Of a stretch of 32,000 nucleotides of DNA, positions 24,130-32,000 are shown piece after piece (position 1 is the stretch's first letter; each line of letters opens with the position of its first letter). Below the pieces are notes generated by a model. It saw only the letters and a program-made list of their open reading frames with translations. It made no database searches and was not told the DNA's origin. The position numbers and the translations under genes are program-made. Source of the stretch: Pyrolobus fumarii 1A (GTDB taxonomy: Archaea > Thermoproteota > Thermoprotei_A > Sulfolobales > Pyrodictiaceae); assembly GCF_000223395.1 (NCBI RefSeq), contig NC_015931.1:30001-62000 (forward strand), in the 5' to 3' direction.

Positions 24130-25128
24130 CTAACCCAGCGTTTCCAGCAGCTTTTTAATGTACCTCTCGAGGTTTGTTATAGTGTCTCTCGTTATTCTTG
24201 ACTCTTGTAGCTCTAGCGACGCTTCCAGAGACTTCTCCCATGCAGGCTTGAGGTGCGGATATAGCCCGTTGAGTCTCTCAACAGCCTCATCTAGTAGCAT
24301 AGCTGTCCATCCACCTCCTTGAGCCTCGCGGATAAGGTCTTCAAGTCCATGCTTCTTAACTAGCATCTTGACAAGCTCCTCGAGAGCACGTAGATAATCC
24401 ACGGTCTTCTCTGGTAGGCTCTCTACGCGCAAACCTAGCTCAAAGTACTTCCTTGCTATCTCGTAATGCTCTTTGGGAGAGTATCCGTGCTCAACCTCAG
24501 CTACAAGCCACTCAACACCAGCGTCTCGCAGTATCTTCGAGAACAGAGCAGATACACTCTCTATATCGACTAACTCGTCTGGGTCACTGGCCTCCCTTAC
24601 ATACACAAGCCTTGCTTCCCCACTACTCGTGTCTATACCCGCACCGCCGACAACCTTACCTTTAACACTATCAATAACCTCGTCATAGTCAGGTATTGTA
24701 TTCTCGTTGCCAAGTATGAAGCTGTAAACCGCCTTTACACGGCCTTTACCAACCTCCACGTCGATACTGTCAAGCCACGGGTCTAGACTCAACAAACGCA
24801 CAACAACACCCTCAAAGTTATCCAACCATGACATGTTACTAACGACGAGAAGACCCTCACCCTTCAACCCTTTGATGACAGGCTTTAGAAACTCGTACAG
24901 ACTTGAGCCTGCCGAGATTAATGTCGTTAGTGCTGCCCGCCATGCATTCCTATCACACCCATAGTAGCGGACAATCTCTTCAACCTCGCTCAGCGTAGTA
25001 GCGAGGCTATCCGCGAGCGCGCCTACGAGATCCGAGGCCGACAGGCAGTACCTGCTTGCAGCCTCGGAGAGGCGAGAAGCAACCCACCTTCGAACGAGAC
25101 CGGATACTACACAGAGGTCTAGTTTCAA
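24130..25128 (-). CDS. hypothetical protein (332 aa)
   Basis: The ORF is long and clean with normal composition. The C-terminal third is helical. I recognise no family motif. Confidence 0.6.
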   Translation of the reverse strand: MKLDLCVVSGLVRRWVASRLSEAASRYCLSASDLVGALADSLATTLSEVEEIVRYYGCDRNAWRAALTTLISAGSSLYEFLKPVIKGLKGEGLLVVSNMSWLDNFEGVVVRLLSLDPWLDSIDVEVGKGRVKAVYSFILGNENTIPDYDEVIDSVKGKVVGGAGIDTSSGEARLVYVREASDPDELVDIESVSALFSKILRDAGVEWLVAEVEHGYSPKEHYEIARKYFELGLRVESLPEKTVDYLRALEELVKMLVKKHGLEDLIREAQGGGWTAMLLDEAVERLNGLYPHLKPAWEKSLEASLELQESRITRDTITNLERYIKKLLETLG

Positions 25129-25159
25129 CCTGTTACCCCGAGCTTAAGGTGTTACCCTG

Positions 25160-25573
25160 TCACCCGCTTTTGCTCTCACCGGCGTTCGCGGCAGCCTGCT
25201 GACCACCACTCTGCGATTGCGAAACCGCCCTACGCCTCCTACCGGGACGGTATGCTGCAGCGGCTCCTAGGTATGCCGCGAATAACTGATAGAGGCTACT
25301 TACAGTTTCCTCCATGCTCGCGAGCTTCTCGCCAATACTACCGATGCTCCCCCTTACGTCATTGAGGGCTATCTCCATTTCTTGCACGACTAGCGCCGCG
25401 ATGGTCTTCGGGTCGACGGCTGGCAGCTCTTTAGTCGTGTTTCTTGACGATAGCTTTGCCGCGAGTATACCGCCTATGGCTCCGCCGACTGCGCCACCCA
25501 CGAGAGCAGCCGCAAGTATAGTGACTGGGTCCGTCAATACCCCACCCTCACTTTCCTGAGAGTCCGATAACAT
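25160..25573 (-). CDS. hypothetical membrane-anchored coiled-coil protein (137 aa)
   Basis: It has a glycine-zipper TM (ILAAALVGGAVGGAIGGILAA), a central helix, a second hydrophobic stretch (LFAAYLGAAAAY) and an R/Q/S-rich tail. T-rich TTTTTTAC lies about 20-25 nt upstream of the ATG. Confidence 0.55.
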   Translation of the reverse strand: MLSDSQESEGGVLTDPVTILAAALVGGAVGGAIGGILAAKLSSRNTTKELPAVDPKTIAALVVQEMEIALNDVRGSIGSIGEKLASMEETVSSLYQLFAAYLGAAAAYRPGRRRRAVSQSQSGGQQAAANAGESKSG

Positions 25574-25592
25574 TTCCCTACATAGACTAGGT

Positions 25593-25598
25593 AAAAAA
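25593..25598 (-). terminator. oligo-T tract after the PGI/PMI gene (may double as a TATA-like element for the downstream gene)
   Basis: The minus strand reads GAGGTTTTTTACC, located between the stop at 25692 and the start at 25573. Confidence 0.4.
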
Positions 25599-25691
25599 CC
25601 TCTGGAAGGCTACGTCCGCACATGGGCTGTGAGGAGCCTTGTAAGGAGCCGAGGGTTCTGCCGATGGGCTGAACCAGGCTGCCGAGCCCTA

Positions 25692-26699
25692 CTAGAGACT
25701 CTCCGCAACCTTGCGAGCCTCCTTGATCTTCGGTATCTGTTGCGGATCCGCGCCCTCTATCCTCGCAAGGTGTATGCTAGCCAACCCGACGAACAGCGTG
25801 CTCCACGCCAACGCTTGTAGTACACCTGCCTGCTCGATACTCACCCTCACCGTGCCAACCACGCTAGACAGCTTGGATACCAGGTGGTCGTAGAGCTTCC
25901 TAGCCGTGTACCCCTTCCAGTCGAGCGCCAGCACCCTAGCACCCTCAATAGTGCCGAGCACATCGACGCTCTCTATGAAGTTGTGTAGCGCTTCGGGTGT
26001 ATAGACGGGTATACCTACCTTCTTCGAGTTCTCCGCCAGTTCCTGAACCGCCCGTGTGGCCACAGGGGCTAGCTCCCAGCCAGCAGTTACAACCACTAGC
26101 TTAGAGCCGCGTAACACCTCAGCTGTTTTGACGGCCTCATCTTCTATCTTGGCGTCGGCCAGCGCCGTTATGGAGGCTTCCACTTCGCCGCGTGGCACGG
26201 ATACTAGGCCCAGGCCGCGTAGGAAGCCAAGCGCGGTGTAGAAGAGAGCTGCAAACATGGAGCGTGCTGCTGGGCCCTGGGGCACCCTCATGTAGACCCA
26301 TCCGCGCGCCTCGGCACGTGACGCTAGAGGCCCCTTGCCCGACACTACCGCGACAAGCGCGCCAGCGTCAGCAGCAGCCTCAACGCACTTTATCGTCTCG
26401 ACCGTGGTGCCGGAGAAGCTTACACCTAGGGCCAGCGTTCTTCTTCCCGCTCTTCTCGGCGCCAGTGTAGACTTCGCAACGCTGATGGGCACACCGCCAT
26501 AGATGTCGCTCACCTTCTGTAGGTACTCGCCTACAACGCCAGAGCCTCCAACACCACACACAACGACCTCGTCTACGCAGGCGTAGGCTCCCGGCGCCTT
26601 GGAGGCCGCGTTAGCCCCCTCTTCGAGCGATTCACGAGCAAGCGAGGGCCACGACAAGTACGCGTCTCGCAGCTGCTCGAAACCGTTCAAAAACCACAC
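25692..26699 (-). CDS. SIS-domain bifunctional phosphoglucose/phosphomannose isomerase (crenarchaeal PGI/PMI type)
   Basis: Motifs seen are VVVCGVGGSGVVGEYL and GVSFSGTTVETI (SxSGxTxE). The size and two-SIS layout match the Aeropyrum/Pyrobaculum-type enzyme. Confidence 0.75.
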   Translation of the reverse strand: MWFLNGFEQLRDAYLSWPSLARESLEEGANAASKAPGAYACVDEVVVCGVGGSGVVGEYLQKVSDIYGGVPISVAKSTLAPRRAGRRTLALGVSFSGTTVETIKCVEAAADAGALVAVVSGKGPLASRAEARGWVYMRVPQGPAARSMFAALFYTALGFLRGLGLVSVPRGEVEASITALADAKIEDEAVKTAEVLRGSKLVVVTAGWELAPVATRAVQELAENSKKVGIPVYTPEALHNFIESVDVLGTIEGARVLALDWKGYTARKLYDHLVSKLSSVVGTVRVSIEQAGVLQALAWSTLFVGLASIHLARIEGADPQQIPKIKEARKVAESL

Positions 26700-26706
26700 C
26701 CGAGGC

Positions 26707-27276
26707 TTACTCTATCAATCCAACCTTCTTCAACCGTTTCTCCATCAGCTTCTGGTCCTCCTCCGGGAAGTACTGGATGCTCTCCCTCACGAGCCTGCGG
26801 TCGAAGCTCACTTCACCACTCTTGACGAGGGTCGCCAGCTCCTCAAGGTCGGACATATCCTCGTCGCGCCCAGCCTTCGCCTTAAGCAGCGCGTAATCCT
26901 CTACCCTCAAGACCTTTACTTCAACACCACGTATGTTCTTGCGTGGCGCGCGCTGCAACACCTCCGGCGGCACATAGAAGTCGTAGATGTTCTCATAGAG
27001 CTCCACGATAATCTCCTTGTCACCCGTCCTAACTATGAGGGCCGGAGTCCCTAGCCATGTCTGACCGAAGCCCCATCCATTCTTACGCGCCAGCTCTCTG
27101 TAGAAATCCTCCTCAATGAACGGGCTAGGCTCCTCGACAAACAAGTCTACATCCTCTTCAAGCTCCTTACTACGCATCTCGAGCTGCACTACAGTGCTAC
27201 CAATTATCGTCGCTTTTACCCCCGCGTCGCTCAACACACGCATTATTCGCGCCAGGTCTTCAAGCGTATAGGGCAT
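26707..27276 (-). CDS. minimal nucleotidyltransferase-fold protein (189 aa)
   Basis: The pol-beta-like motif is IIGSTVV..(x13)..DVDLFV. The start is set at ATG 27276 (MPYTLEDL..). The 93 upstream codons of the track ORF are R/H/S-rich, implausible, and overlap the HIT gene start. Confidence 0.65.
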   Translation of the reverse strand: MPYTLEDLARIMRVLSDAGVKATIIGSTVVQLEMRSKELEEDVDLFVEEPSPFIEEDFYRELARKNGWGFGQTWLGTPALIVRTGDKEIIVELYENIYDFYVPPEVLQRAPRKNIRGVEVKVLRVEDYALLKAKAGRDEDMSDLEELATLVKSGEVSFDRRLVRESIQYFPEEDQKLMEKRLKKVGLIE

Positions 27277-27433
27277 AGCGTCTCTCCATTGCCGCCACGC
27301 CAGCTGGTAGTAGATAGGGGGAGCGGTTGCCTGGGAGACTCTAGGGCGGCTGTGACGAGTGTGGCGGGCGCGACCCTTACGGGGGTGAAGAATTAGGAGC
27401 CCCCCGAGCCGCCCCGTTTGGGGCGAGTAGGCG

Positions 27434-27853
27434 GTGACGGACTGCATCTTCTGCCGCATTGTACGCGGCGATATACCTGCCCACAAGATATACGAGGACG
27501 AGAAGGTTGTTGCATTCCTCGACATATATCCGATAAACCCTGGCCACACTCTCATAGTGCCGAAGGAGCACTACGAGAGACTGGATCAGGTGCCGCCCGA
27601 GACTCTCGACGCAATGATAAGAGCCGCTGCACGTATAGCACCGGCTATCCTGCGCGCCACTGGGGCCACCGGTTACAACGTGGTCGTGAACGTGGGTAAG
27701 AGTGCTGGACAGGAGATTATGCACGTTCACCTGCATGTTATCCCCCGTCGTGAGGGCGACGGTTGCCACATCATGCATTGCGCAAGGAGCAAACCCAGCA
27801 ACGAAGAGCTTGCCAAAACCGCTGAAGCCATTCGCCGAGAGCTTGGAGGCTGA
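27434..27853 (+). CDS. HIT (histidine triad) family nucleotide hydrolase/transferase
   Basis: Motifs seen are CIFCRIVRGDIPA, NPGHTLIVPKEH and the histidine triad HVHLHVIPR. GTG start. Confidence 0.9.
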   Translation: MTDCIFCRIVRGDIPAHKIYEDEKVVAFLDIYPINPGHTLIVPKEHYERLDQVPPETLDAMIRAAARIAPAILRATGATGYNVVVNVGKSAGQEIMHVHLHVIPRREGDGCHIMHCARSKPSNEELAKTAEAIRRELGG

Positions 27854-27859
27854 ACCGGC

Positions 27860-28648
27860 GTGCACCTAGGGCTTAAGGGCAAGAGGGTTCTGGTAACAGC
27901 ATCTACACGAGGAATCGGCTTTGCAATTGCAAAGCTCTTCGGGCTTGAGGGTGCACACGTCTGCATATCCTCTAGGAGCGAGGAGAACGTCCGAAACGCT
28001 CTCCTAAAGCTTCGCCAGCTTGGAGTAGATGCTTGCGGCATTCCAGCTGATTTAACACGCCGGGTTGACGTGGAGAGGCTCGTAGAGCAGGCTGTGGAAG
28101 TGCTGGGAGGTCTCGACATACTGGTGTATAACACTGGCGGCCCTAAACCAGGCAAGTTCATGGATGTGGAACTGGACGATTGGGAGTATGCTGTAAGACT
28201 TCTGCTCCTTAGCGCAGTGTGGGTGACAAGATTCTCTCTTAGCCACCTGCTGCGGGGACGTGACCCTGCCATTGTGTATGTCGCATCGGTTGCTATACGC
28301 GAGCCTATACCCGACCTCGTGCTGTCCAACACGGTGAGGATCTCGCTGGCTGGGCTCGTACGTAGTTTGGCGAGAGAGCTTGGTCCCAAGGGCGTGCGTG
28401 TAAACGCCGTCCTGCCAGGCTTAACGAGGACGGAGAGAGTGCTAGAGATCGCTAGGAGGAGGGCCGAGGCTAGCGGCAAGAGCCTTGAAGAGGTGCTGGC
28501 GGAGATGGCCAAGGATATACCCTTGGGCCGCATGGCCGAGCCCGAGGAGGTTGCCAGAGTAGTCGTGTTCCTCGCATCACCGGCGGCGAGCTTTGTAAAC
28601 GGTGCCGTTGTGCCCGTCGATGGGGGCCTCTTACGGAGCGTGTTCTAA
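27860..28648 (+). CDS. short-chain dehydrogenase/reductase (SDR) fold protein with a non-canonical active site
   Basis: The cofactor motif is VTASTRGIGFAIA, followed by YNTGG, GVRVNAVLPG and a C-terminal VDGG. No YxxxK occurs anywhere in the 262 aa. It starts 6 nt after the HIT stop. Confidence 0.8.
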   Translation: MHLGLKGKRVLVTASTRGIGFAIAKLFGLEGAHVCISSRSEENVRNALLKLRQLGVDACGIPADLTRRVDVERLVEQAVEVLGGLDILVYNTGGPKPGKFMDVELDDWEYAVRLLLLSAVWVTRFSLSHLLRGRDPAIVYVASVAIREPIPDLVLSNTVRISLAGLVRSLARELGPKGVRVNAVLPGLTRTERVLEIARRRAEASGKSLEEVLAEMAKDIPLGRMAEPEEVARVVVFLASPAASFVNGAVVPVDGGLLRSVF

Positions 28649-29434
28649 ATGGGGCGGCAATGCACGTGTCGGTGCTGTACACCACTTACACGCTTGTACA
28701 TGATACTCGGAGAGTCTCGCGGGTATCTAGAGTCTCTACTCCAAAACTTGCTTTGCAGCGTGTTTGACGGAGCCGGGGTTGATGCAATAGCACTAGTGAA
28801 GACTTGCGTGTTTGACAGGGCAGCGGAGGATCTCAACGCGTTAAGACGTGTTGCACATGGAGGTCTCGTGACTAGCTACACGCTAGGCGCGATAATGATA
28901 ACCTCTTGCGACGACGTGGATGAGGATGCCGCCAAGCTGGGCTCGATAGACACCTTTACGGTATCCGAGGAGGGGCTCAGATGCAACTTGATCATGCCTC
29001 ATGCCCTAGCCAGGTGCATACCCCGTGGCTACACGGCACTCATAGCACCACGTTACAGGTGGGAAGCTAAGCTACTCATAGCCGCGTTGGCACACGCAGG
29101 CTACCATAGGATACACGTTGTCGGTGAGCAGGTCGACGCGAATCTCGTGGGTCTAACCAGCCTCTATAATATTGATGTTAACGTGCAAACCATCGATGTC
29201 GCACACCACTATTATGATATAGTGGATGTCGTCATCGACACAAATGTCCTCCGGAGACACTCTCCACCGCCAAGGGAGAAGCTCATAGAGTTTAGGCTTG
29301 ATGAGCCTAACAAGACGCTACCCTGTATCCTAGCCCACTGGGTGTCAAGAGCGCTTCTCAACTGGGAGAGCGTGTTTGTCGACTCCGCACGCGTTCAAGC
29401 CCTGGCTTTGTCACTCGTAGGTAACCGAGAATAA
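28649..29434 (+). CDS. hypothetical protein (261 aa; possibly starts at ATG 28700)
   Basis: The ATG abuts the SDR stop (TAAATG). The first 17 codons are Cys/Arg/Thr-rich, and MILGESRGY.. at 28700 is an alternative start. There is a faint resemblance to a shikimate-dehydrogenase-like layout without the Gly-rich loop. This is not a confident call. Confidence 0.5.
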   Translation: MGRQCTCRCCTPLTRLYMILGESRGYLESLLQNLLCSVFDGAGVDAIALVKTCVFDRAAEDLNALRRVAHGGLVTSYTLGAIMITSCDDVDEDAAKLGSIDTFTVSEEGLRCNLIMPHALARCIPRGYTALIAPRYRWEAKLLIAALAHAGYHRIHVVGEQVDANLVGLTSLYNIDVNVQTIDVAHHYYDIVDVVIDTNVLRRHSPPPREKLIEFRLDEPNKTLPCILAHWVSRALLNWESVFVDSARVQALALSLVGNRE

Positions 29435-29603
29435 CTCCAGTCGCCCCGAGAACCCCTCCCGCCAGGTACATTATCACGCTTAGGTGACTGTATATACCAG
29501 CAGCCGCTGTGAATGTTAGTATGAAGCCTACGAGCGACAATAAATAGGCAAACAGTGCTGCCGTGTCACGCTTCTTCACAGGGGTGCACCCGGGTAGCAA
29601 CAC
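29358..29603 (-). CDS. possible small two-TM membrane protein (73-81 aa)
   Basis: It reads KKRD followed by two hydrophobic helices (ALFAYLLSLVGFILTFTAAAGIY and VIMYLAGGVLGATGVILGYL). The start is GTG 29603 or GTG 29579. It overlaps the sixA 3' end and, convergently, 77 nt of the 28649..29434 ORF. Confidence 0.35.
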   Translation of the reverse strand: MLLPGCTPVKKRDTAALFAYLLSLVGFILTFTAAAGIYSHLSVIMYLAGGVLGATGVILGYLRVTKPGLERVRSRQTRSPS

Positions 29604-30033
29604 TGGGAGGTATTAGGAATACGAGCCGCCCTTCAGCCAGATTCTCGTCAACCTCTATGCCAGCAGCTGTACCGGCTGCAAGCCTCACCCGTCCACCCGT
29701 CAACGCCTCTATCATTTCCTCGAGGTCCGGGTTGTGGCCCACAAACACCACTCCGTCTCGTAACTCTTCAACGCTCTTCAGCGCACCCAGGTCAGCCCCA
29801 GGGGCTAGCCCGGGATGCAGCCGAACACTCGATCCGTGCACGGCCGCTATTACCTCGGCAGTCTCCCTAGCCCTTCTCAACGGGCTCGTATACACTGTTG
29901 GCGGCTTAACCGGCAGTAACCGCGCGACAGCCTCCACCTCGCATCTTCCACGCTTCGTCAGCCATCGTTCCTCGTCGCTACCTGCTTCCTCTTTCGAAAC
30001 AGCCCGACCATGACGAAACAGTATGATTAACAT
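29566..30033 (-). CDS. sixA: SixA-type histidine phosphatase (phosphohistidine phosphatase family)
   Basis: Motifs seen are MLIILFRHGRA (RHG), SPLRRARETAEVI and FVGHNPDL. The start is set at ATG 30033. The upstream 64 codons of the track ORF are R/S/K-rich and overlap the queC 3' end. Confidence 0.8.
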   Translation of the reverse strand: MLIILFRHGRAVSKEEAGSDEERWLTKRGRCEVEAVARLLPVKPPTVYTSPLRRARETAEVIAAVHGSSVRLHPGLAPGADLGALKSVEELRDGVVFVGHNPDLEEMIEALTGGRVRLAAGTAAGIEVDENLAEGRLVFLIPPSVATRVHPCEEA

Positions 30034-30079
30034 GTCGTTCGCCAAAATCCAGGACCAAAACCTGGGGCTATAGGTGTGT

Positions 30080-30982
30080 TTACCGCCTCCTCTCCCTTGC
30101 GCTAAGCTCTTCAGCCACTTTACAAGCGCTTCTATCGCCCTTGCTGCATCTCTCGCGGTTCTCGAGCCACTCTTTATACCAGTCTGGGAGCGTCTCGTAG
30201 AGCGGCGTGAGGGGATCCTCAACACCAGCTGCCATGAAGGCTCTTAGCCTCGACTTGCAAGCCGGGCATCTACCGCAGGGCTTCTCGCCACCACGGTAGC
30301 AACTCCAGGTTAGAGAGTAGTCCATGCCGTGCTCAACGCCCCACCTTATGATGAACCATTTGGGTTTGTCGACGAACGGCGCATGTATCCGCACCAGGCT
30401 CTTGCCCTCGAAGACCCTCCCACTGCCAAGGTTAACTGCGAGCTCAAGAGCGTCGACAAACTCGCGACGCGTGTCCGGGTATACCGGCTCGTCCATCGAC
30501 CAGTCACTCCGGTGGAACCCAACGCTCAACACGCCAAGCTCCGCATCATGGGCCACAAGCAACATCTCTAGAATAGACGCGGCATGCGCGAGCAACACGA
30601 GGTTACGCTGAGGCACGTAGGTAACCGGGACCTTGCCGGGCTCAAGCGTCTCGGGAACTTCAATGCTTTTATCGGTGAGCGCTGATACGCCAAGTCCTAT
30701 GACCTCCGACCCGCTCAGCCCCCTTATCTCTACAACAAGATGCTTGAAGCCGTAACGCTCAGCAAACCTCCTGGCCGACTCTATCTCCCGCGAGTGCCTC
30801 TGACCATAGCTGAGCGTGAGTGCATACGCGTAACACTCGACACCCTCACCACAATACTCGTGCTTGGCGTGCAAGGCGGCCGTAGTGCTGTCCACGCCAC
30901 CAGAGACAAGCCCGAGAATCACAACGCGTTTTGCCACGTTGCCCCGCCGAGTATATCGGTCAGTAGGGTCCGGCTTAATCAT
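30080..30982 (-). CDS. queC: 7-cyano-7-deazaguanine (preQ0) synthase QueC, with a ~45-aa C-terminal extension
   Basis: Motifs seen are the PP-loop LVSGGVDSTT, SYGQRH, YVPQRNL, YPDTRREF and the Zn cluster WSCY..CGRCPACKSR. Confidence 0.85.
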   Translation of the reverse strand: MIKPDPTDRYTRRGNVAKRVVILGLVSGGVDSTTAALHAKHEYCGEGVECYAYALTLSYGQRHSREIESARRFAERYGFKHLVVEIRGLSGSEVIGLGVSALTDKSIEVPETLEPGKVPVTYVPQRNLVLLAHAASILEMLLVAHDAELGVLSVGFHRSDWSMDEPVYPDTRREFVDALELAVNLGSGRVFEGKSLVRIHAPFVDKPKWFIIRWGVEHGMDYSLTWSCYRGGEKPCGRCPACKSRLRAFMAAGVEDPLTPLYETLPDWYKEWLENRERCSKGDRSACKVAEELSARERRR

Positions 30983-31090
30983 CCCATGTGGTCATTCGAC
31001 CGGACTACCCTCATCACACCACGAGCTTGTTTATACCAGAGCGCGGCTCTTATACACGAATGGGTCGCGGCGCCCAGGCGGGGCGGTAAC

Positions 31091-31615
31091 ATGGGCACGG
31101 GCAAGAAGAAGAAGGAGCCCGTGAGCGGTACCAAGAAGGAGCTTGTTATCATAGCTAGGCCCGTCGTCACCCTAGACCAGGTCAAGGGCGATGAGAGGAA
31201 GAAGAACCTCCTAGCCCTCTTCAACCTACTGACCGACAAGGGCGGCATCTACGAGAAGACTCTCAACTACCTACTCTACTGGTTCAAGAGCGAGAAGGGC
31301 ATCGACATGGGCTACAACTTTGTAATGCTCGGAGACGTTCCATACAGCCGCGAGCTACACGAGGATCTAGTAGCTCTGCTCTACCTCGGCCTCCTAGAGA
31401 CTACCCCGACCAAGAAGATCAGGATAACTAATGAGGGCCGCGAGTTCCTACAGAAGGTCGGCTACGACACTGCACTACTCGAGAAGGTGAAGGAGGCGCT
31501 TGAAGAGTACTGGCCGAAGGCAACAACCATTGACGCGCAGATAGAGCTAGAGACTACCAGACGCGCCACAATGGCAGCCAGGAGGCGCAGAAGGAGAAGT
31601 CTGTTTGGTCTCTAG
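31091..31615 (+). CDS. hypothetical protein (174 aa) with basic N- and C-termini, possibly winged-helix
   Basis: The start is set at ATG 31091 (MGTGKKKKEP..). The track ORF's upstream 117 codons are antisense to queC. The C-terminus reads ARRRRRRSLFGL. Confidence 0.6.
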   Translation: MGTGKKKKEPVSGTKKELVIIARPVVTLDQVKGDERKKNLLALFNLLTDKGGIYEKTLNYLLYWFKSEKGIDMGYNFVMLGDVPYSRELHEDLVALLYLGLLETTPTKKIRITNEGREFLQKVGYDTALLEKVKEALEEYWPKATTIDAQIELETTRRATMAARRRRRRSLFGL

Positions 31616-31637
31616 CGCATCACTCCACCGCCCACCA

Positions 31638-31642
31638 TTTTT
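31638..31642 (+). terminator. oligo-T tract after the 174-aa ORF (second T5 at 31689-31693)
   Basis: CCATTTTTACC lies about 23 nt after the stop at 31615. CTTGTTTTTGCC lies about 50 nt further on. Confidence 0.35.
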
Positions 31643-31869
31643 ACCTGGACGTGCGCCTGGTCACGAGGAGGGCACCGCGAACATCTTGTTTTTGCCCAGC
31701 ACCTCTCTCCCTCAGGAACGCGGCAACTTTGCTCGAGGCAAGGGCGGGTCCCTGGAAAGCCCCTCATCACTTCTCAGCGTAGGCTAAACCGGTCATACCC
31801 GGTTGAATGCCTATCAACCTAGTGCGGGGTTTTCAGCCGCACCGGGTACAAGTTTTGGCGACACCAAGG

Positions 31870-32000
31870 ATGCTCGTGGTATTTGACGTCGATGGCGTGC
31901 TTGTCGCGCCGCGCAGCAGCTGGGACGTTGTACACGAGGCTCTCGGAACCAGCAACGAGGCGAAAGTGTATGCAGAGCTATTCTGGAAGGGCCTCCTCTC
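31870..32000 (+). CDS. HAD-superfamily hydrolase, N-terminal fragment (continues past the right window edge)
   Basis: I translated it by hand as MLVVFDVDGVLVAPRSSWDVVHEALG.. The DxDG(V/T) motif I of HAD phosphatases is present. Confidence 0.6.
   Translation, partial: MLVVFDVDGVLVAPRSSWDVVHEALGTSNEAKVYAELFWKGLL

Noticed and set aside
25640-25691. Short direct repeats (CTGCCGA, GCCGAG) in the pgi-downstream spacer
   Set aside because: The repeats are only 6-7 nt in a GC-rich context and have no consistent stem or periodicity.
27277-27555. 5' extension of track ORF 26707-27555; likewise 30034-30225 of ORF 29566-30225 and 30740-31090 of ORF 30740-31615
   Set aside because: The extensions are R/H/S-rich, overlap neighbouring genes or promoters, and precede internal ATGs that give family-typical N-termini (MPYTLEDL, MLIILFRHG, MGTGKKKK).
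27727-28533. 268-aa minus-strand ORF
   Set aside because: It is antisense to the SDR gene and extremely S/T/R/L/P-rich. This is the typical shadow ORF of a GC-rich coding region.
31712-31770. Possible minus-strand C/D box sRNA (GUGAUGA at 31764-31770, CUGA at 31712-31715)
   Set aside because: The C-to-D spacing is 48 nt. No acceptable C' or D' box occurs at the 12-nt positions, and the flanks are not complementary. This is probably a chance match.
1-32000. CRISPR arrays, IS elements, tandem or long inverted repeats, and rRNA genes
   Set aside because: None were seen when reading both strands. I cannot exclude dispersed repeats shorter than about 20 nt without a computational self-comparison (dot plot).

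Overview
This is a gene-dense, GC-rich window (about 55% by eye, not computed). It reads like chromosomal core DNA of a hyperthermophilic crenarchaeon, probably Desulfurococcales-like. The evidence for that placement is an A/V-type ATPase I/F/E fragment, a CdvA-like protein, a split IPCT/DIPPS pair for di-myo-inositol phosphate, a bifunctional-type PGI/PMI, QueC, prefoldin beta and an archaeal tRNA-Lys(CUU). I support about 43 CDS. Two are partial at the window edges, including a helicase at the left edge that is absent from the ORF track because it has no stop codon inside the window. I also call one tRNA, one candidate C/D box sRNA, and several oligo-T terminators and TATA-like boxes. Many track ORFs start at GTG or TTG, and several are clearly over-extended at the 5' end, so I give shorter starts for those. 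I see no CRISPR array, transposase, integrase, IS ends or recognisable defence island. I cannot demonstrate a new system from sequence alone. The best leads are: (1) a translationally chained DIPPS-IPCT-(RIO/Bud32-like kinase fusion) operon; (2) a C/D box sRNA candidate whose C box is the double stop codon of the upstream ORF; (3) a central cluster of a degenerate MDR-dehydrogenase-like ORF, a DUF1152-like ORF and a 119-aa ORF; (4) an orphan CdvA-like gene facing two uncharacterised genes; (5) a HIT-SDR-unknown operon whose SDR lacks the YxxxK catalytic motif. All family assignments come from motif recognition by eye and need profile searches.
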